The notes under the pieces are model-generated. The model did not search any database, was not told the origin of the DNA, and saw only the letters and a program-made list of their open reading frames with translations. Source: Raillietiella orientalis (taxonomy: Eukaryota). Taken from it: DNA of 64,000 nt. The DNA is taken from NCBI GenBank assembly GCA_036172245.1, contig JAYWIR010000018.1, positions 682,001 through 746,000 of the forward strand, given 5' to 3'. Below, piece after piece: positions 53,901 to 64,000 of this stretch; positions within the stretch are counted from its first letter, which is position 1; every line of letters begins with the position of its first letter. Position numbers and translations under genes: made by a program.

Positions 53901-55640
53901 AGAATTACTAGTTCTAAGCAAGATTCAAAACAGTTTATAACCTCGTTGACACTTCCATGCATCGCCGTGTTCCCTGAATAATTTTCACTAATTTTCTTAT
54001 TCAATTTAGAAGAGACTCCATCTTTTGATTCGAACTCCGATTTGAATACCGGTCTTCCTTGGGGGGTGAGGAAGGAGGGTGGGAATAAAATGGCGTTTGT
54101 GTTAGCAGTATAATAGTAAATCTAAAATGTATTATTCCTTTCATTTTTCCTTATAGTGTTGTTTTCTGCCTATTGAAAAAATTTGATTTTGAAGTACAAA
54201 ATGAACGCACCATATTTTGTAAGTTCTAATATCTTGATTTATAAAGGCTCCATAAAATTGAGTCATGAATAGCCAGATTGAATTTTCTAACGCAATTTAT
54301 TTTCTAATACACTAATTTTAGAAACCAATGAAGGCATTACTTGTGTTTAATTTAGAGAATTCGTACTATATATAAAGATTTTCGATGGAATTGGTCTGTT
54401 CATAGAACATTAATGTAATTATATGAATGTGTGTGTGCATGAAAGTAAGTATAAAGGTATGTACATATGTCTGTGTATGCACGCATGGATATATATTATG
54501 AATGAGTATGAAAGGTACTCAGATTTGTGTCTATAAGTATCAATGATTTCAAGATTGCTAGTTAATAAATTATGAATTTGATTTACTCAATAGCTTTGTT
54601 TTCAAGTTCAGAGAATGTTCGTATTTGTTCATCATTATTCTTCACAATAATTGGATGTGAATTTCAAAGAATTCATCATAAGTTTATTATGAGTCTTAAG
54701 TTTTAGAAATATGTTGACCTAAATAATATGCTTCGTATTAAATGTACGAAGTGTGCCTATATTTAAAAACTAGATCACAATTAGAATGACAATATCAGTT
54801 TTAATTCCGAATGTACGAATTTTTTCATGGAAGACAGAACTTGTTGTACGAACAGTATCCTTTCTAGCGTAGTTCCTTGAATAACTGCAACTCAAGAAAA
54901 TGCGCAACTGATGTTGGCAATGCCGCAGTGAAATACCTATAAAAGCATTGAAAAACGGTTGGAAAATTGAAAAAAAAGAAAAAAGGAAAAAAGGAAGGAA
55001 GAGAGGAGGTGCTATTGCATTTGTCCGTAGAGATGCTTTGATTGTGATCATAGCGATTGTCTAACCGCCATTCTGTGACATTACTTGCACTCGAAGGTGG
55101 CATATTTCGGAAATCCTCGGTCAGAGAATCAGTTTTTTTTATTGGCCTCGAGTACATGTGGATGAGTGGAACCCAGAATAATTTGAATGCAGAATAATTT
55201 GAGTGCACTCTGGATGCAGTTTGTATTTTTTTTCTGTCAAAAGGTGTTTTAAGTTTTTTAACGTGTTTTGCATTTGTCAAGAGATTTTACTGCTCAAGTA
55301 TTGAAATATTTGAATTTGAATTTCGCGCTGCGTGCGTTGCCAACATTCGTGAATATTTATGTGAGATTCTCAATTATTTATCAAAATGTGTAAGGTGGGG
55401 TCCGCAGATGTATTTTCATGTGTCCGTGTTATTCTCTGTTGCCGGTGAAATTGTAACTGTTATTAAATTATTTTTGTGACAATCGTTTTTTGTTGCTTTT
55501 TTGGCGTAAAAATCGTAATGTATTATGGAATTTGTAAAATTTGTTTTTTGCAAACATGTTAGGATTGATAATTTGCAACGACCATCGGGATTGGTTTTCA
55601 TAGAATAGGTCATTTTTTTTTTGTAAACAAGAAAAAAGAA

Positions 55641-57926
<2,286 letters not shown>

Positions 57927-58007
57927 TTGTGCAAATACGCTTTCATACGTGAAAAACTGGGAGTGACTATGACTTGTTTAGCAAGGGATCCATGAGACTT
58001 GTGACAC

Positions 58008-58013
58008 AATAAA
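58008..58013 (+). terminator. Polyadenylation signal of PLK1 (AATAAA)
   Basis: AATAAA about 80 nt after the stop codon, followed by an AT-rich tract. Confidence 0.55.
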
Positions 58014-58299
58014 ATATTTTATATATCCGTCGCAAGTGCAATTGCGCACTTCGTCGTGAACTGCAATTCGGACGTTGACGTCCGTAGCCTCAAGGGAATC
58101 ATTCCGCGCAGGTCGCGTGTTGCTGGTAACGGAATCTTTTTACAAGCGTTTGCACGCAGTGTAAACGTTTCCAAGAAATCGCTTTTAGTGCACGTTTCTC
58201 CTCGCTAGCTAAGGTAAAAGAGTTCATTGTAACTGAAACGACGAAACTCTAAGACTGCACTACATACTCCAGTTGCTAGTTGTCTTAAACGTACGCAAG

Positions 58300-61200
58300 A
58301 GTGACCAGTGAGTTTCCGATGCCCAGTAGCACTGTGCTGCAAGTGACGCGAGCAGCGTTAACGGCCATCCGAAGATCCAGGTCACGGTTTCATTGGAAGA
58401 CGCGTGGGCCATTGCGGTCACCGAGCGCGCTCGCGGTTCTTCCGTGCCGGGAGTTTCTGGATTGATTGTGGTTGATTTTCCATGTATTTCCGAGTGGTGC
58501 TCGTTGGCCACGATGGCTGCACTTCATTTCGGTTCTGGCTCTCGACGTAACACCTGTGTGTAAGCATCCTGTAGAATGTTTCAAGGCAAAATTCATTCTA
58601 GCAACAGGCTGTTTCGCATCCGAAGAAATTACTCCGACTATGGAAACGTTCACTGGTTGAATTTTACGTTCAGGATTTTCATTCTTCGTCGTCAAGCATT
58701 CACAGCGCCAGGTGGCTTCGCGCAGAATGGCGCCATCAACGCAGCCCAAGGATCGAGAACACGTAGTGTTCTTTACGCTTTGCGCAAACGGCATCTCACG
58801 TGGCCTGCCAGGATGTACTGTATCCAGGCCCTGACCGCCCAGAGGGATTCCATTCCCGGAGTCTCCTCTTCGAAGAAGCTCCCCCCTGTTTCTCGTTCAT
58901 TCTATGGAACGCATTCTATGTGAATCCGTTCGCCTTGTGAGGTTGCTGTCTTGTGATACGAGCTGCTTCTGTGATCCATCGTGCAACCATCTCATAATCC
59001 TTTGCGGTGTCGGTGCGGATGCCAAACTTCTGTTCCAAGCAAAGTGCTTGAAGTAATTGCGGTGCGTCTGATGCTTTCCTCACCTGCGAACCTATTGCTG
59101 ATGTTTGTAAACTTATGGTTTCGGTAACGCGTAGAATTTAAGGCGCTGCAGTTTTCCTTTAGTAGAAATAGTAGCCGCTTAGAGACGGATTTCTCTCGAA
59201 ATAAGCAGGAATGGGTGGTATAATAGGGAGTGTTACGCAAGCAGGTTCCCCGCGGAAGGTCTCTTGAAGATCGATTCTGGAGACCTTAAGCAATCACTTT
59301 CCAAAGAAGAGCAGCATCAGGAACACATCGTGCCGACACCACACCGTAGCTTGATGTGCCATAATGAGTTCTCCAGCAATATTTGGTGCAAGCAGCTTCC
59401 TGGAGCTTCTTAGCTGGCGTTCCAAGGGACAAAAGAATAATGAGAACACTCGGCAAATACGAACATGAAAAAATCTCTTCCTTTCAGCGAAAACGATTTT
59501 CAAGTAAGCACAAGTGAAATGCAAAATAGATAAGCTAGTTCAGCCTTACAGAGTCAGAAAAACATGTGAATCGGTGCCTTGTCATGCGTTCGATATTCAG
59601 CATCATTTGTAATGGGCAGAAATCTAGCATTAAACGTGATGAATATCCAGAGGGCACCACTATTGATGATGGAGATGAGCCTGTTGCTGTCGGAACATTT
59701 GCAACGAAAGCGGGCTTCGGTTTGCATCACCATTCGTCCGTCAGAAGCGCCTCAGAAGACATCTACGGTTTGGGCACTCGGGTTTCCAGCGATCTGTTGA
59801 ATATTCGTGACTCATGGCGATGGCACATGGCGATTCAAAAATCGTTACTGGAATTTTCGGTTGTAAATGTCGCTGATGAGAGTTTACAGATTTCTTGAAA
59901 GTCGGTAAACATTTCATGACCCCGCCCTCACTCTAGGATTAACTGTGCAGTTCTTCCCCCCCCCCCTCCTCAATCTGAGGGTTCTCCCCTCAATCTGAGT
60001 GTCGCAGGAAAGCAAACCTCTGTGAGACCGCCGCAGCTTCTTGCAGCTTCTATTTCGAATCCAATTTGATCTCTTTTGCTGCCATGGAACACCTGTTCGC
60101 ATTGGGACGAGTATTCGGAATTTTTGATAGAATTCCGGCAATGCCTCTCTCTCTCATTCATTGACCTTTGGGGAATTCTCGAGAAGCATTCGAAAATCTC
60201 CCTGAGTAGCTGGAGCATTGCTCCAGCCACTGCATGTCTATGTAAAAGTTTAGTTTTAAATAAACGCCCCGGCGAAATCCGGTTGAAAATAGAAAATCGT
60301 CCTGAAAGAGCTAGAGGAACCAGGTCGAAAGCCGGGTTTCGGTTCTGTCGAAGCTGTACGGTTTCCGGTGAGCGCAGGGCTCCTGAGTGCATAAAACAGA
60401 CTTACTGAAGATCCGAGCGGCTACTACACAGCTCGTTGCAAAACTATCCTGCTATCCAGGACCTACTGACAAAGAACTGCATTCTCGTTGGGAAGTGTTC
60501 GGCACCACTGGAGCCACTGAGAAACCCTTGGACTCTTGGAAGCCTTGACAGTTTGCGGACGTCTCCACACTTCGTCTCTGTTCACCAGATCACCAGCCGT
60601 TGGCAGCTAACATATTAATGCCCCCCTGGGATGACCAAGTGGTGCCCTCCATATTTCTAAACCAGTCGGTTTTTCCACTGAGCTGGCAGCATATTTGGCG
60701 ACCCTGTTTTGCAATTGGGCTTCCCGTACCACCACGGTCTGCACCACCGAAATCTGGGAGACGTTGCTCCAAGTTACGAGATACAGAAAAATCTAAATGT
60801 GTCGTCATCTGGATGTGGTCATAATGGACCTTAGCCACAGTTGCGGTGAACAACGAACAGGTAGGAGTACACCTGTCACAGGGGCAGTAAGGGATGCTGA
60901 CAGAAACCCTCAGAAGCTCAATTTTCTCTCAACTTCTTCCTCAAACCAAAGCCCATTCATCCATTTCTTCCCTTAATTGTTTGTTTATTTAGTATCCACT
61001 CTCTTTCAGTTGCAGTTGCCCTCTCCGTGCTCTCTTCTGAAGTAACAAAACTACTATTCTTCGGACTTCGAATTTTGCTGTGCTGCTTTCCCGCAGCACT
61101 AGCCTATCATCTAGCCTCTTTTCAAAATAAATAAGCATTCCAGAACAACCGGGTAGTAACTGCTTCAGCCTTGCTCGTGGCTTGCACGTGACCCAGTTGG

Positions 61201-62000
61201 TTGCAGCGGCTAAGCGGGATTTTCGGGAACGCCATCTTCATTCAGGTGCCCCGAAGACGCCGGAGTCTACGGAATTTAGGCGTGTCCACGTACCACGGAT
61301 CAACGGTTCCATCCTCGATGTGCAGTTCGTACAGGATGGCCGATCTGACCGGCATTGTCAAATCGCGCTCCGGCAGGCCACTAAACACCTTGTAAGGACA
61401 ATGGAGCATAATTTTACTTTATATAAAGTGGATAATGCCACATTTCGATACTTCGGGCACCACGGTATCTTTGGCACTGTGGAAGGTGATCCTCCTTAGA
61501 TGGATCACCGTGGACTTCCTAGTAAGCAAAATCTCCTTCCCGCTCCGTAACGCTGACTAGCGACTGGAATGGGCAGTGAACCAGAGCCGCAAAAACGCAG
61601 CTCTGGTCCACTGTGGCTTCACATCCATCTATTACCAAGGATCACGAGTGCGCAGAGATCGTCGGAGTACACTCGGAAACACTGGATCTCTTTGACGAAC
61701 TCCACGCACGTACGAAAACACTTTATAAAAAAGTGTGATTATATCATCGAGTCACGCAGATCCTCATGTCCGTATCCACCGCTGGTTCGGCGGTGGCCGG
61801 GAAGACTGCTTGCACTCAGGAGCTCCCCCATGTGACTTTCACCCCAGGGGCATCGTCGTCCCAGCACTGGTCTGCTCCAAGAAAATCAGCTTACTCTCGG
61901 GGATTTCCACAAAGACCCATGTTGCTGCTTACAAGATTTATGGAAAAAAAAAAAAAAAGTCTCTCCACCACCCAAGCCTAACCAGGGCTAACTTGACTAA
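58300..62000 (+). mobile_element. Decayed near-full-length Ty3/Gypsy LTR retrotransposon internal region
   Basis: Eroded motifs in RT-RNase H-integrase order: RDEYPEGTTIDD (DxYPxPxIDD-like), YSEFLIEF..LWGILEK..SW (YxxFI..PLxxLLxK..W-like), QNYP, SRWQL, integrase-like GVSTYH.., YIIE. No LTR pair recognised. Confidence 0.45.
59968..59999. repeat. Short direct repeat CCTCAATCTGAG x2
   Basis: Seen directly. Confidence 0.75.
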
Positions 62001-63267
62001 TCTCTAGCAGGAGCTCCGATCACTCCGAGCAAAGATTGCGGGAGCGCTCGCGAAACCGTCTACACTGCTCCGATGTGACCGAACGGGAAGTTCTTTTCAG
62101 AAAGCCGAACCGCCCTTCTGAGACAGAACAGTGGCTCCCGGGCAAGCCGTAGCCATCAATTGTATTGCTCACTGCATCGTCAAGAGGGCTCCGTCATCTC
62201 GCGTCTCGACGACTGTGGACTCCTTCATCGAAAAATGCCTGCTATCCAGTGGATGAGCTCGAAATGCTGTGAGATGCAGCCCGGATAAAGAGGTTGACAG
62301 AAGTAGCAACATTTCGCGTGCATAGGCTTCCACAGTCGGTGGGCAGCAATAGGTCGTAGGCAGGGTAGGCAGAGTAAACCTGTATCCATTCAGAACCAGC
62401 CCGAAATAGATGCAGAGAAGCCAGCTGAGGTCCTACATGCAACAGCCAGCTGAGTTGCATTTTCGAAAGTTTCCGACGGATCGCATTCCACATATTACAT
62501 GGAACCGAAAATGTAGCAAAAGTACCGGCGCATACATAGGCAATAAAGTGCACCGGGATAAAGAGGATTTTTATTGGATTTTTTTTTTTAATTTTGTAAC
62601 AGAGTAAGATTTCGTGATTTCGCACTCACGGAATGCATATTGAGCAATCCTCCATCATTTGAAATCTTAGGCACATGAGTGTGCTCTTTATAGTTTCCTA
62701 ATGAGGAAAAGCCACTCGGCATGCATTTGTAAGTCTTCCTAATACATACAAAACATTGCTTATACAACATATGGAGTGCACACACGCAATATGAAAGCTC
62801 TCTTTCTGTCTTATCTGTTATTTCGTCCATGTATCAGTGCCATATCTCTCAATCGTGCAAACATAAGCTCTGATACGTCATGTATTGTAATACTTTCCGT
62901 TTTCACGGAATCGTGAAAGTTCACAAGTCAACTCTCAAATCCTTTGTACTCATGAAGGCAATTTTGTCTGTCGAATTCTGAAGCAAACTCCACAACAAAA
63001 TCACAGTGAAAAAAAATATCGTTTGGTGAGAACTTGACTTGTCACCAACTTCTTTTTCAAGTTTTTCATCAAGTTTATGAGGGCATAAGAAGGTAAGTGT
63101 AGGCATATGTTTCCAAGTGTATGTAGTGTACACTGAAAACTGCGAAAAAGTAAACATTAAAAAAAGAAAAAACAGTTCAAGTCCATTGAATGACTTTTCT
63201 GCAACAAGATATACTTTTAATTTCTGGATTGTGAGGTGTGTTCACAAAAACTTTGATCATCCTGTTG

Positions 63268-64000
63268 CTATTCTGCATTTGTATGACAGGAATCATCAGA
63301 TGCTAAATCCATAATTTCTGAACTGTGGTTCTTAGAAGACTCCAATTTGTCATACAAAACAAGTTCTGGCTCTTCAGGAAAGTGATCTAGAATTATCAAG
63401 CCACATGTGCTCATGGAGTCTAAATCTTCTATAAAACCAAACCAATAGATCACCATGCCACTACCAAATCTATGACATTTCTCAGCTATTTCTCGGTCTT
63501 TCCTTTCTTCACCTGTTAATGTATGCCCAGTATTGCTCCTGTAGGTAACTGCGATGCTTTGAGTCATCACCGAAAGAAGCTTTACTTTCTATCCAGTTGA
63601 TGGGTGTTTCTTGGTATGCTGCAACAAACACTAGAGACTATTTGATGAAATACTTTGCTGCACCAAAAGGAATCTGCAAGCGCACATCTGGAGTTTTATC
63701 ATAGCCTTGTTGGAGAAGCTGCTTCTGATCTAGAAAAGGAACACCCATACGATTCAGATAGTTTTGTAGCTTGTGCTCATAATACTCTCCCATTTCCCTG
63801 AAACGAAAATTTTCTCATAGGAAAAGATGTTAATTACTTACTGCTTAATGTAATCAGTATATGGTCCATAGGAGTCATTTTCCAGTGATGCCTACAAATG
63901 AAACTACAGGACTTGTTGCAAATTCATTAGCTTACCAACCACACATCATAAGCCAAATGGGGATCTTCAATCAACTGAGGATTCTTTATCAACTTGCTGA
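63268..64000 (-). CDS. CDIN1: CDAN1-interacting nuclease 1 / C15orf41 homologue (PD-(D/E)XK-like), 3' portion; 5' end lies outside the window
   Basis: Spliced translation [14 protein letters not shown]|..[12 protein letters not shown]|..[14 protein letters not shown]|..[37 protein letters not shown] matches the family signature [17 protein letters not shown]/FGPGxVIYWxGF. Short GT-AG introns; stop at 63268. Confidence 0.93.

Noticed and set aside
54855..54863. U12-type 5' splice signal GTATCCTTT
   Set aside because: Not adjacent to any mapped exon, and no matching branch point or acceptor was identified.
59873..59910. Hammerhead-like CTGATGAG...GAAA core
   Set aside because: Stem II is weak and no stem I/III pairing or cleavage triplet could be built; it lies inside a Gypsy relic.

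Overview
Eukaryotic (animal) genomic DNA from a compact-intron genome: most introns are about 42-70 nt, a few are kb-sized. Intron size and gene content suggest an invertebrate, possibly a clade I nematode (inference only). Five spliced genes can be reconstructed by hand: a small two-exon FAM107/DUF1151-like gene (+, 9907-12203), a DOCK-B (DOCK3/4, sponge-like) Rac GEF of about 30 exons (-, 14117-34884), an ACK/TNK2 tyrosine kinase (+, 41381-48730), PLK1 (+, 55641-57926) and the 3' part of a CDIN1/C15orf41 homologue (-, 63268-64000). There is also a 3'-truncated U6 snRNA copy (7080-7157), preceded by a patchwork of U6 snippets and a tRNA-like segment. Much of the large-intron and intergenic space looks like heavily decayed transposon relics (Ty3/Gypsy, non-LTR RT, possibly DIRS, Tc1, hAT, P-like); these were recognised only from eroded motif order and are low confidence. 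There are sharp GC and CpG domain boundaries. I found no clearly new biological system. The best leads are the U6/tRNA chimera, the CpG mosaic, the HGD (non-RD) ACK kinase and the hidden FAM107-like gene.
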